In this document: positions 43,080 through 57,100 of the stretch, piece after piece
Layout of the letters: every line of letters begins with the position of its first letter
Position numbering within the stretch: the stretch's first letter is position 1
Assembly: GCA_964016885.1 (NCBI GenBank)
Contig: OZ024758.1
Span: 39,556,001 to 39,620,000 of the forward strand
Reading direction: 5' to 3'
Length of the DNA stretch: 64,000 bases
Source of the DNA: Eledone cirrhosa
Lineage: Eukaryota
Made by a program: the position numbers and the translations under genes
The notes under the pieces: model-generated
Told to the model about the DNA's origin: nothing
Databases searched by the model: none
Seen by the model: the letters and a program-made list of their open reading frames with translations, nothing else

Positions 43080-46040
43080 TTACTTCTGACAGCTAGTACC
43101 ATGAACTTAAATGAATTCTCACCAACAGTGGAGTTACTTCTGACAGCTAGTACCATGAACTTAAATGAATTCTCACCAACAGTGGAGTTACTTCTGACAG
43201 CTAATACCATGAACTTAAATGAATTCTCACCAACAGTGGAGTTCCTTCTGACAGCTAATAGCATGAACTTAACTGAATTCTCACCAACAGTGGAGTTACT
43301 TCTGACAGCTAGTACCATGAACTTAAATGAATTCTCACCAACAGTGGAGTTACTTCTGATAGCTAATACCATGAACTTAAATGAATTCTAACCAACAGTG
43401 GAGTTCCTTCTGACAGCTAATACCATGAACTTAAATGAATTCTCACCAACATTGGAGTTACTTCTGACAGCTAGTACCATGACTTAAATGAATTCTCACC
43501 AACATTGGAGTTACTTCTGACAGCTAATACCATGACTTAAATGAATTCTCACCAACAGTGGAGTTACTTCTGACAGCTAGTACCATGAACTTAAATGAAT
43601 TCTCACCAACAGTGGAGTTACTTCTGACAGCTAATACCATGAACTTAAATGAATTCTCACCAACAGTGGAGTTACTTCTGACAACTAGTACCATGAACTT
43701 AAATGAATTCTCACCAACATTGGAGTTACTTCTGACAGCTAATACCATGACTTAAATGAATTCTCACCAACAGTGGAGTTACTTCTGACAAACTAATACC
43801 ATGAACTTAAATAAATTCTCACCAGCAGTGGAGTTACTTCTGACAGCTAGTACCATGAACTTAAATGAATTCTCACCAACAGTGGAGTTACTTCTGACAG
43901 CTAATACCATGAACTTAAATGAATTCTCACCAACAGTGGAGTTACTTCTGACAACTAATACCATGACTTAAATGAATTCTCACCAACAGTGGAGTTACTT
44001 CTGACAACTAATACCATGAACTTAAATGAATTCTCACCAACAGTGGAGTTACTTCTGACAACTAGTACCATGAACTTAAATGAATTCTCACCAACAGTGG
44101 AGTTACTTCTGACAGCTAATACCATGAACTTAAATGAATTCTCACCAACAGTGGAGTTACTTCTGACAGCTAGTACCATGAACTTAAATGAATTCTCACC
44201 AACATTGGAGTTACTTCTGACAGCTAATACCATGACTTAAATGAATTCTCACCAACAGTGGAGTTACTTCTGACAAACTAATACCATGAACTTAAATAAA
44301 TTCTCACCAGCAGTGGAGTTACTTCTGACAGCTAGTACCATGAACTTAAATGAATTCTCACCAACAGTGGAGTTACTTCTGACAGCTAATACCATGAACT
44401 TAAATGAATTCTCACCAACAGTGGAGTTACTTCTGACAACTAATACCATGACTTAAATGAATTCTCACCAACAGTGGAGTTACTTCTGACAACTAATACC
44501 ATGAACTTAAATGAATTCTCACCAACATTGGAGTTACTTCTGACAGCTAGTACCATGACTTAAATGAATTCTCACCAACATTGGAGTTACTTCTGACAGC
44601 TAATACCATGACTTAAATGAATTCTCACCAACAGTGGAGTTACTTCTGACAGCTAATACCATGAACTTAAATGAATTCTCACCAACATTGGAGTTACTTC
44701 TGACAACTAATACCATGACTTAAATGAATTCTCACCAACAGTGGAGTTACTTCTGACAACTAATACCATGAACTTAAATGAATTCTCACCAACAGTGGAG
44801 TTACTTCTGACAACTAGTACCATGAACTTAAATGAATTCTCACCAACAGTGGAGTTACTTCTGACAGCTAATACCATGAACTTAAATGAATTCTCACCAA
44901 CAGTGGAGTTCCTTCTGACAGCTAATACCATGAACTTAAATGAATTCTCACCAACATTGGAGTTACTTCTGACAGCTAGTACCATGAACTTAAATGAATT
45001 CTCACCAACAGTGGGGTTACTTCTGACAGCTAGTACCATGAACTTAAATGAATTCTCACCAACAGTGGAGTTACTTCTGACAGCTAGTACCATGAACTTA
45101 AATGAATTCTCACCAACAGTGGAGTTACTTCTGACAGCTAGTACCATGAACTTAAATGAATTCTCAGAAACAGTGGAGTTACTTCTGACAGCTAGTACCA
45201 TGAACTTAAATGAATTCTCACCAACAGTGGAGTTACTTCTGACAGCTAGTACCATGAACTTAAATGAATTCTCACCAACAGTGGAGTTACTTCTGACAGC
45301 TAATACCATGAACTTAAATGAATTCTCACCAACAGTGGAGTTCCTTCTGACAGCTAATAGCATGAACTTAACTGAATTCTCACCAACAGTGGAGTTACTT
45401 CTGACAGCTAGTACCATGAACTTAAATGAATTCTCACCAACAGTGGAGTTACTTCTGATAGCTAATACCATGAACTTAAATGAATTCTAACCAACAGTGG
45501 AGTTCCTTCTGACAGCTAATACCATGAACTTAAATGAATTCTCACCAACATTGGAGTTACTTCTGACAGCTAGTACCATGACTTAAATGAATTCTCACCA
45601 ACATTGGAGTTACTTCTGACAGCTAATACCATGACTTAAATGAATTCTCACCAACAGTGGAGTTACTTCTGACAGCTAGTACCATGAACTTAAATGAATT
45701 CTCACCAACAGTGGAGTTACTTCTGACAGCTAATACCATGAACTTAAATGAATTCTCACCAACAGTGGAGTTACTTCTGACAGCTAGTACCATGAACTTA
45801 AATGAATTCTCACCAACATTGGAGTTACTTCTGACAGCTAATACCATGACTTAAATGAATTCTCACCAACAGTGGAGTTACTTCTGACAAACTAATACCA
45901 TGAACTTAAATAAATTCTCACCAGCAGTGGAGTTACTTCTGACAGCTAGTACCATGAACTTAAATGAATTCTCACCAACAGTGGAGTTACTTCTGACAGC
46001 TAATACCATGAACTTAAATGAATTCTCACCAACAGTGGAG
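43080..46040. repeat. Duplicated block with 2099-bp offset (39 monomers), containing an internal 485-bp (9-monomer) duplication
   Basis: CTGATAGC at ~43356/45455 and ORF pairs 43524/45623 and 43779/45878 give 2099. AAATAAATTCTCACCAGCAG occurs at ~43809, 44294 and 45908 (offsets 485 and 2099). Confidence 0.85.
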
Positions 46041-49000
46041 TTACTTCTGACAGCTAATACCATGAACTTAAATGAATTCTCACCAACATTGGAGTTACTT
46101 CTGACAGCTAGTACCATGAACTTAAATGAATTCTCACCAACAGTGGAGTTACTTCTGACAGCTAATACCATGAACTTAAATGAATTCTCACCAACAGTAG
46201 AGTTCCTTCTGACAGCTAATACCATGAACTTAAATGAATTCTCACCAACATTGGAGTTACTTCTGGCAGCTAATACCATGACTTAAATGAATTCTCACCA
46301 ACAGTGGAGTTACTTCTGACAGCTAATACCATGAACTTAAATGAATTCTCACCAACAGTGGAGTTACTTCTGACAGCTAATACCATGAACTTAAATGAAT
46401 TCTCACCAACAGTGGAGTTACTTCTGACAGCTAGTACCATGAACTTAAATGAATTCTCACCAACATTGGAGTTACTTCTGACAACTAATACCATGACTTA
46501 AATGAATTCTCACCAACAGTGGAGTTACTTCTGACAAACTAATACCATGAACTTAAATGAATTCTCACCAACAGTGGAGTTACTTCTGACTGCTAGTACC
46601 ATGAACTTAAATGAATTCTCACCAACAGTGGAGTTACTTCTGACAGCTAGTACCATGACTTAAATGAATTCTCACCAACAATGGAGTTACTTCTGACAGC
46701 TAATACCATGACTTAAATGAATTCTCACCAACAGTGGAGTTACTTCTGACAGCTAATACCATGAACTTAAATGAATCCTCACCAACAGTGGAGTTACTTC
46801 TGACAGCTAATACCATGAACTTAAATGAATTCTCACCAACATTGGAGTGACTTCTGACAGCTAATACCATGAACTTAAATGAATTCTCACCAACATTGGG
46901 GTTACTTCTGACAGCTAGTACCATGAACTTAAATGAATTCTCACCAACAGTGGAGTGACTTCTGACAGCTAATACCATGAACTTAAATGAATTCTCACCA
47001 ACATTGGAGTGACTTCTGACAGCTAATACCATGAACTTAAATGAATTCTCACCAACATTGGGGTTACTTCTGACAGCTAGTACCATGAACTTAAATGAAT
47101 TCTCACCAACAGTGGAGTTACTTCTGACAGCTAATACCATGAACTTAAATGAATTCTCACCAACAGTGGAGTTACTTCTGACAGCTAGTACCATGAACTT
47201 AAATGAATTCTCACCAACAGTGGAGTTACTTCTGACAGCTAATACCATGAACTTAAATGAATTCTCACCAACATTGGAGTTACTTCTTACAGCTAGTACC
47301 ATGAACTTAAATGAATTCTCACCAACAGTGGAGTTACTTCTGACAGCTAGTACTATGAACTTAAATGAATTCTCACCAACAGTGGAGTTACTTCTGACAG
47401 CTAGTACCATGAACTTAAATGAATTCTCACCAACAGTGGAGTTACTTCTGACAGCTAGTACCATGAACTTAAATGAATTATCACCAACAGTGGAGTTACT
47501 TCTGACAGCTAGTACTATTACTTAAATGAATTCTCACCAACAATGGAGTTACTTCTGACAGCTAATACCATGACTTAAATGAATTCTCACCAACAGTGGA
47601 GTTACTTCTGACAGCTAATACCATGAACTTAAATGAATTCTCACCAACAGTGGAGTTACTTCTGACAGCTAGTACCATGAACTTAAATGAATTCTCACCA
47701 ACATTGGAGTTACTTCTGACAACTAATACCATGATTTAAATTAATTCTCACCAACAGTGGAGTTACTTCTGACAACTAATACCATGAACTTAACTGAATT
47801 CTCACCAACAGTGGAGTTACTTCTGACAGCTAGTACCATGAACTTAAATGAATTCTCACCAACAGTGGAGTTCCTTCTGACAGCTAGTACCATGAACTTA
47901 AAAGAATTATCACCAACAGTGGAGTTACTTCTGACAGCTAATACCATGAACTTAAATGTATTCTCACCAACAGTGGAGTTCCTTCTGACAGCTAATACCA
48001 TGAACTTAACTGATTCTCACCAACAGTGGAGTTACTTCTGACAGCTAGTACCATGAACTTAAATGAATTCTCACCAACAGTGGAGTTACTTCTGACAGCT
48101 AATACCATGAACTTAAATGAATTCTCACCAACAGTGGAGTTCCTTCTGACAGCTAATACCATGAACTTAAATGAATTCTCACCAACATTGGAGTTACTTC
48201 ATACAGCTAGTACCATGACTTAAATGAATTCTCACCAACATTGGAGTTACTTCTGACAGCTAATACCATGAATTAAATGAATTCTCACCAACAGTGGAGT
48301 TACTTCTGACAACTAATACCATGACTTAAATGAATTCTCACCAACAGTGGAGTTACTTCTGACAAACTAATACCATGAACTTAAATGAATTCTCACCAAC
48401 ATTGGAGTTACTTCTGACAGCTAGTACCATGAACTTAAATGAATTCTCACCAACAGTGGAGTTACTTCTGACAGCTAATACCATGAACTTAAATGAATTC
48501 TCACCAACACTAGAGTTCCTTCTGACAGCTCATACCATGAACTTAAATGAATTCTCACCAACATTGGAGTTACTTCTGACAGCTAGTACCATGACTTAAA
48601 TGAATTCTCACCAACAGTGGAGTTACTTCTGACAACTAATACCATGAACTTAAATGAATTCTCACCAACAGTGGAGTTACTTCTGACAAACTAATACCAT
48701 GAACTTAAATGAATTCTCACCAACAGTGGAGTTACTTCTGACAGCTAGTACCATGAACTTAAATGAATTCTCACCAACAGTGGAGTTACTTCTGACAGCT
48801 AGTACCATGACTTAAATGAATTCTCACCAACAATGGAGTTACTTCTGACAGCTAATACCATGACTTAAATGAATTCTCACCAACAGTGGAGTTACTTCTG
48901 ACAGCTAATACCATGAACTTAAATGAATTCTCACCAACAGTGGAGTTACTTCTGACAGTTAGTACCATGAACTTAAATGAATTCTTACCAACATTGGAGT

Positions 49001-52000
49001 TACTTCTGACAACTAATACCATGACTTAAATGAATTCTCACCAACAGTGGAGTTACTTCTGACAACTAATACCATGAACTTAAATGAATTCTCACCAACA
49101 GTGGAGTTACTTCTGACAACTAGTACCATGAACTTAAATGAATTCTCACCAACAGTGGAGTTACTTCTGACAGCTAATACCATGAACTTAAATGAATTCT
49201 CACCAACAGTGGAGTTCCTTCTGACAGCTAATACCATGAACTTAAATGAATTCTCACCAACATTGGAGTTACTTCTGACAGCTAGTACCATGAACTTAAA
49301 TGAATTTTCACCAACAGTGGGGTTACTTCTGACAGCTAGTACCATGAACTTAAATGAATTCTCACCAACAGTGGAGTTACTTCTGACAGCTAGTACCATG
49401 AACTTAAATGAATTCTCATCAACAGTGGAGTTACTTCTGACAGCTAGTACCATGAACTTAAATGAATTCTCAGAAACAGTGGAGTTACTTCTGACAGCTA
49501 GTACCATGAACTTAAATGAATTCTCACCAACATTGGAGTTACTTCTGACAACTAATACCATGATTTAAATTAATTCTCACCAACAGTGGAGTTACTTCTG
49601 ACAACTAATACCATGAACTTAACTGAATTCTCACCAACAGTGGAGTTACTTCTGACAGCTAGTACCATGAACTTAAATGAATTCTCACCAACAGTGGAGT
49701 TACTTCTGACAGCTAATACCATGAACTTAAATGAATTCTCACCAACAGTGGTGTTCCTTCTGACAGCTAATAGCATGAACTTAACTGAATTCTCACCAAC
49801 AGTGGAGTTACTTCTGACAGCTAGTACCATGAACTTAACTGAATTCTCACCAACAGTGGAGTTACTTCTGACAGCTAGTACCATGAACTTAAATGAATTC
49901 TCACCAACAGTGGAGTTACTTCTGACAGCTAATACCATGAACTTAAATGAATTCTAACCAACAGTGGAGTTCCTTCTGACAGCTAATACCATGAACTTAA
50001 ATGAATTCTCACCAACATTGGAGTTACTTCTGACAGCTAGTACCATGACTTAAATGAATTCTCACCAACATTGGAGTTACTTCTGACAGCTAATACCATG
50101 ACTTAAATGAATTCTCACCAACAGTGGAGTTACTTCTGACAGCTAGTACCATGAACTTAAATGAATTCTCACCAACAGTGGAGTTACTTCTGACAGCTAA
50201 TACCATGAACTTAAATGAATTCTCACCAACAGTGGAGTTACTTCTGACAGCTAGTACCATGAACTTAAATGAATTCTCACCAACATTGGAGTTACTTCTG
50301 ACAGCTAATACCATGACTTAAATGAATTCTCACCAACAGTGGAGTTACTTCTGACAAACTAATACCATGAACTTAAATGAATTCTCACCAACAGTGGAGT
50401 TACTTCTGACAGCTAGTACCATGAACTTAAATGAATTCTCACCAACAGTGGAGTTACTTCTGACAGCTAATACCATGAACTTAAATGAATTCTCACCAAC
50501 AGTGGAGTTACTTCTGACAGCTAATACCATGAACTTAAATGAATTCTCACCAACATTGGAGTTACTTCTGACAGCTAGTACCATGAACTTAAATGAATTC
50601 TCACCAACAGTGGAGTTACTTCTGACAGCTAATACCATGAACTTAAATGAATTCTCACCAACAGTAGAGTTCCTTCTGACAGCTAATACCATGAACTTAA
50701 ATGAATTCTCACCAACATTGGAGTTACTTCTGACAGCTAATACCATGACTTAAATGAATTCTCACCAACAGTAGAGTTACTTCTGACAGCTAATACCATG
50801 AACTTAAATGAATTCTCACCAACAGTGGAGTTACTTCTGACAGCTAATACCATGAACTTAAATGAATTCTCACCAACAGTGGAGTTACTTCTGACAGCTA
50901 GTACCATGAACTTAAATGAATTCTCACCAACATTGGAGTTACTTCTGACAACTAATACCATGACTTAAATGAATTCTCACCAACAGTGGAGTTACTTCTG
51001 ACAAACTAATACCATGAACTTAAATGAATTCTCACCAACAGTGGAGTTACTTCTGACAGCTAGTACCATGAACTTAAATGAATTCTCACCAACAGTGGAG
51101 TTACTTCTGACAGCTAGTACCATGACTTAAATGAATTCTCACCAACAATGGAGTTACTTCTGACAGCTAATACCATGACTTAAATGAATTCTCACCAACA
51201 GTGGAGTTACTTCTGACAGCTAATACCATGAACTTAAATGAATTCTCACCAACAGTGGAGTTACTTCTGACAGCTAGTACCATGAACTTAAATGAATTCT
51301 CACCAACATTGGAGTTACTTCTGACAACTAATACCATGACTTAAATGAATTCTCACCAACAGTGGAGTTACTTCTGACAACTAATACCATGAACTTAAAT
51401 GAATTCTCACCAACAGTGGAGTTACTTCTGACAACTAGTACCATGAACTTAAATGAATTCTCACCAACAGTGGAGTTACTTCTGACAGCTAATACCATGA
51501 ACTTAAATGAATTCTCGCCAACAGTGGAGTTCCTTCTGACAGCTAATACCATGAACTTAAATGAATTCTCACCAACAGTGGAGTTCCTTCTGACAGCTAA
51601 TACCATGAACTTAAATGAATTCTCACCAACATTGGAGTTACTTCTGACAGCTAGTACCATGAACTTAAATGAATTCTCACCAACAGTGGAGTTACTTCTG
51701 ACAGCTAATACCATGAACTTAAATGAATTCTCACCAACATTGGAGTTACTTCTGACAGCTAGTACCATGAACTTAAATGAATTCTCACCAACAGTGGAGT
51801 TACTTCTGACAGCTAATACCATGAACTTAAATGAATTCTCACCAACAGTGGCGTTCCTTCTGACAGCTAGTACCATGAACTTAAATGAATTCTCACCAAC
51901 AGTGGAGTTACTTCTGACAGCTAGTACCATCAACTTAAATGAATTCTCACCAACATTGGAGTTACTTCTGACAACTAATACCATGACTTAAATGAATTCT

Positions 52001-52679
52001 CACCAACAGTGGAGTTAATTCTGACAACTAATACCATGAACTTAAATGAATTCTCACCAACAGTGGAGTTACTTCTGACAGCTAGTACCATGAACTTAAA
52101 TGAATTCTCACCAACAGTGGAGTTACTTCTGACAGCTAATACCATGAACTTAAATGAATTCTCACCAACAGTGGAGTTACTTCTGACAGCTAATACCATG
52201 AACTTAAATGAATTCTCACCAACAGTGGAGTTACTTCTGACAGCTAATACCATGAACTTAAATGAATTCTCACCAACAGTGGAGTTACTTCTGACAGCTA
52301 ATACCATGAACTTAAATGAATTCTCACCAACATTGGAGTGACTTCTGACAGCTAATACCATGAACTTAAATGAATTCTCACCAACATTGGGGTTACTTCT
52401 GACAGCTAGTACCATGAACTTAAATGAATTCTCACCAACAGTGGAGTGACTTCTGACAGCTAATACCATGAACTTAAATGAATTCTCACCAACATTGGAG
52501 TGACTTCTGACAGCTAATACCATGAACTTAAATGAATTCTCACCAACAGTGGAGTTACTTCTGACAGCTAATACCATGAACTTAAATGAATTCTCACCAA
52601 CATTGGAGTTACTTCTGACAGCTAGTACCATGAACTTAAATGAATTCTCACCAACAGTGGGGTTACTTCTGACAGCTAG

Positions 52680-54125
52680 TACCATGAACTTAAATGAATT
52701 CTCACCAACATTGGAGTTACTTCTGACAGTTAGTACCATGAACTTAAATGAATTCTCACCAACAGTGGAGTTACTTCTGACAGATAATACCATGAACTTA
52801 AATTAATTCTCACCAACAGTGGAGTTCCTTCTGACAGCTAATACCATGAACTTAAGTGAATTCTCACCAACATTGGAGTTACTTCTGACAGCTAGTACCA
52901 TGACTTAAATGAATTCTCACCAACATTGGAGTTACTTCTGACAGCTAATACCATGAATTAAATGAATTCTCACCAACAGTGGAGTTACTTCTGACAGCTA
53001 GTACCATGAACTTAAATGAATTCTCACCAACAGTGGAGTTACTTCTGACAGCTAATACCATGAACTTAAATGAATTCTCACCAACAGTGGAGTTACTTCT
53101 GACAGCTAGTACCATGAACTTAAATGAATTCTCACCAACTTTGGAGTTACTTCTGACAACTAATACCATGACTTAAATGAATTCTCACCAACAGTGGAGT
53201 TACTTCTGACAAACTAATACCATGAACTTAAATGAATTCTCACCAACATTGGAGTTACTTCTGACAGCTAGTACCATGAACTTAAATGAATTCTCACCAA
53301 CAGTGGAGTTACTTCTGACAGCTAATACCATGAACTTAAATGAATTCTCACCAACAGTAGAGTTCCTTCTGACAGCTCATACCATGAACTTAAATGAATT
53401 CTCACCAACATTGGAGTTACTTCTGACAGTTAGTACCATGAACTTAAATGAATTCTCACCAACAGTGGAGTTACTTCTGACAGCTAATACCATGAACTTA
53501 AATTAATTCTCACCAACAGTGGAGTTCCTTCTGACAGCTAATACCATGAACTTAAATGAATTCTCACCAACATTGGAGTTACTTCTGACAGCTAGTACCA
53601 TGACTTAAATGAATTCTCACCAACATTGGAGTTACTTCTGACAGCTAATACCATGAATTAAATGAATTCTCACAGACAGTGGAGTTACTTCTGACAGCTA
53701 GTACCATGAACTTAAATGAATTCTCACCAACAGTGGAGTTACTTCTGACAGCTAATACCATGAACTTAAATGAATTCTCACCAACAGTGGAGTTACTTCT
53801 GACAGCTAGTACCATGAACTTAAATGAATTCTCACCAACTTTGGAGTTACTTCTGACAACTAATACCATGACTTAAATGAATTCTCACCAACAGTGGAGT
53901 TACTTCTGACAAACTAATACCATGAACTTAAATGAATTCTCACCAACATTGGAGTTACTTCTGACAGCTAGTACCATGAACTTAAATGAATTCTCACCAA
54001 CAGTGGAGTTACTTCTGACAGCTAATACCATGAACTTAAATGAATTCTCACCAACAGTAGAGTTCCTTCTGACAGCTCATACCATGAACTTAAATGAATT
54101 CTCACCAACATTGGAGTTACTTCTG
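52680..54125. repeat. Local tandem duplication, 700-bp unit (13 monomers)
   Basis: ACAGTTAGT (~52726/53426), AATTAATT (52801/53501), AACTTTGG (~53137/53837) and GCTCAT (~53375/54075) are offset by 700. Confidence 0.9.
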
Positions 54126-57100
54126 ACAGCTAATACCATGACTTAAATGAATTCTCACCAACAGTGAAGTTACTTCTGACAACTAGTACCATGAACTTAA
54201 ATGAATTCTCACCAACAGTGGAGTTACTTCTGACAAACTAATACCATGAACTTAAATGAATTCTCACCAACAGTGGAGTTACTTCTGACAGCTAGTACCA
54301 TGAACTTAAATGAATTCTCACCAACAGTGGAGTTACTTCTGACAGCTAGTACCATGACTTAAATGAATTCTCACCAACAATGGAGTTACTTCTGACAGCT
54401 AATACCATGACTTAAATGAATTCTCACCAACAGTGGAGTTACTTCTGACAGCTAATACCATGAACTTAAATGAATTCTCACCAACAGTGGAGTTACTTCT
54501 GACAGCTAATACCATGAACTTAAATGAATTCTCACCAACAGTGGAGTTACTTCTGACAGCTAATACCATGAACTTAAATGAATTCTCACCAACATTGGAG
54601 TTACTTCTGACAACTAATACCATGACTTAAATGAATTCTCACCAACAGTGGAGTTACTTCTGACAGCTAGTACCATGAACTTAAATGAATTCTCACCAAC
54701 ATTGGAGTTACTTCTGACAACTAATACCATGACTTAAATGAATTCTCACCAACAGTGGAGTTACTTCTGACAACTAATACCATGAACTTAAATGAATTCT
54801 CACCAACAGTGGAGTTACTTCTGACAACTAGTACCATGAACTTAAATGAATTCTCACCAACAGTGGAGTTACTTCTGACAGCTAATACCATGAACTTAAA
54901 TGAATTCTCACCAACAGTGGAGTTCCTTCTGACAGCTAATACCATGAACTTAAATGAATTCTCACCAACAATGGAGTTACTTCTGACAGCTAGTACCATG
55001 AACTTAAATGAATTCTCACCAACAGTGGAGTTACTTCTGACAGCTAGTACCATGAACTTAAATGAATTCTCACCAACAGTGGAGTTACTTCTGACAGCTA
55101 GTACCATGAACTTAAATGAATTCTCAGAAACAGTGGAGTTACTTCTGACAGCTAGTACCATGAACTTAAATGAATTCTCACCAACATTGGAGTTACTTCT
55201 GACAACTAATACCATGATTTAAATTAATTCTCACCAACAGTGGAGTTACTTCTGACAACTAATACCATGAACTTAACTGAATTCTCACCAACAGTGGAGT
55301 TACTTCTGACAGCTAGTACCATGAACTTAAATGAATTCTCACCAACAGTGGAGTTACTTCTGACAGCTAGTACCATGAACTTAAATGAATTCTCACCAAC
55401 AGTGGAGTTACTTCTGACAGCTAATACCATGAACTTAAATGAATTCTCACCAACAGTGGAGTTCCTTCTGACAGCTAATAGCATGAACTTAACTGAATTC
55501 TCACCAACAGTGGAGTTACTTCTGACAGCTAGTACCATGAACTTAACTGAATTCTCACCAACAGTGGAGTTACTTCTGACAGCTAGTACCATGAACTTAA
55601 ATGAATTCTCACCAAAAGTGGAGTTACTTCTGACAGCTAATACCATGAACTTAAATGAATTCTAACCAACAGTGGAGTTCCTTCTGACAGCTAATACCAT
55701 GAACTTAAATGAATTCTCACCAACATTGGAGTTACTTCTGACAGCTAGTACCATGACTTAAATGAATTCTCACCAACATTGGAGTTACTTCTGACAGCTA
55801 ATACCATGACTTAAATGAATTCTCACCAACAGTGGAGTTACTTCTGACAGCTAGTACCATGAACTTAAATGAATTCTCACCAACAGTGGAGTTACTTCTG
55901 ACAGCTAATACCATGAACTTAAATGAATTCTCACCAACAGTGGAGTTACTTCTGACAGCTAGTACCATGAACTTAAATGAATTCTCACCAACATTGGAGT
56001 TACTTCTGACAGCTAATACCATGACTTAAATGAATTCTCACCAACAGTGGAGTTACTTCTGACAAACTAATACCATGAACTTAAATGAATTCTCACCAAC
56101 AGTGGAGTTACTTCTGACAGCTAGTACCATGAACTTAAATGAATTCTCACCAACAGTGGAGTTACTTCTGACAGCTAGTACCTTGAACTTAAATGAATTC
56201 TCACCAACAGTGGAGTTACTTCTGACAGCTAATACCATGAACTTAAATGAATTCTCACCAACAGTGGAGTTACTTCTGACAGCTAATACCATGAACTTAA
56301 ATGAATTCTCACCAACAGTGGAGTTACTTCTGACAGCTAATACCATGAACTTAAATGAATTCTCACCAACATTGGAGTTACTTCTGACAACTAATACCAT
56401 GACTTAAATGAATTCTCACCAACAGTGGAGTTACTTCTGACAGCTAGTACCATGAACTTAAATGAATTCTCACCAACATTGGAGTTACTTCTGACAACTA
56501 ATACCATGACTTAAATGAATTCTCATCAACAGTGGAGTTACTTCTGACAGCTAGTACCATGAACTTAAATGAATTCTCAGAAACAGTGGAGTTACTTCTG
56601 ACAGCTAGTACCATGAACTTAAATGAATTCTCACCAACATTGGAGTTACTTCTGACAACTAATACCATGATTTAAATTAATTCTCACCAACAGTGGAGTT
56701 ACTTCTGACAACTAATACCATGAACTTAACTGAATTCTCACCAACAGTGGAGTTACTTCTGACAGCTAGTACCATGAACTTAAATGAATTCTCACCAACA
56801 GTGGAGTTACTTCTGACAGCTAGTACCATGAACTTAAATGAATTCTCACCAACAGTGGAGTTACTTCTGACAGCTAATACCATGAACTTAAATGAATTCT
56901 CACCAACAGTGGAGTTACTTCTGACAGCTAGTACCATGAACTTAAATGAATTCTCACCAACTTTGGAGTTACTTCTGACAACTAATACCATGACTTAAAT
57001 GAATTCTCACCAACAGTGGAGTTACTTCTGACAAACTAATACCATGAACTTAAATGAATTCTCACCAACATTGGAGTTACTTCTGACAGCTAGTACCATG

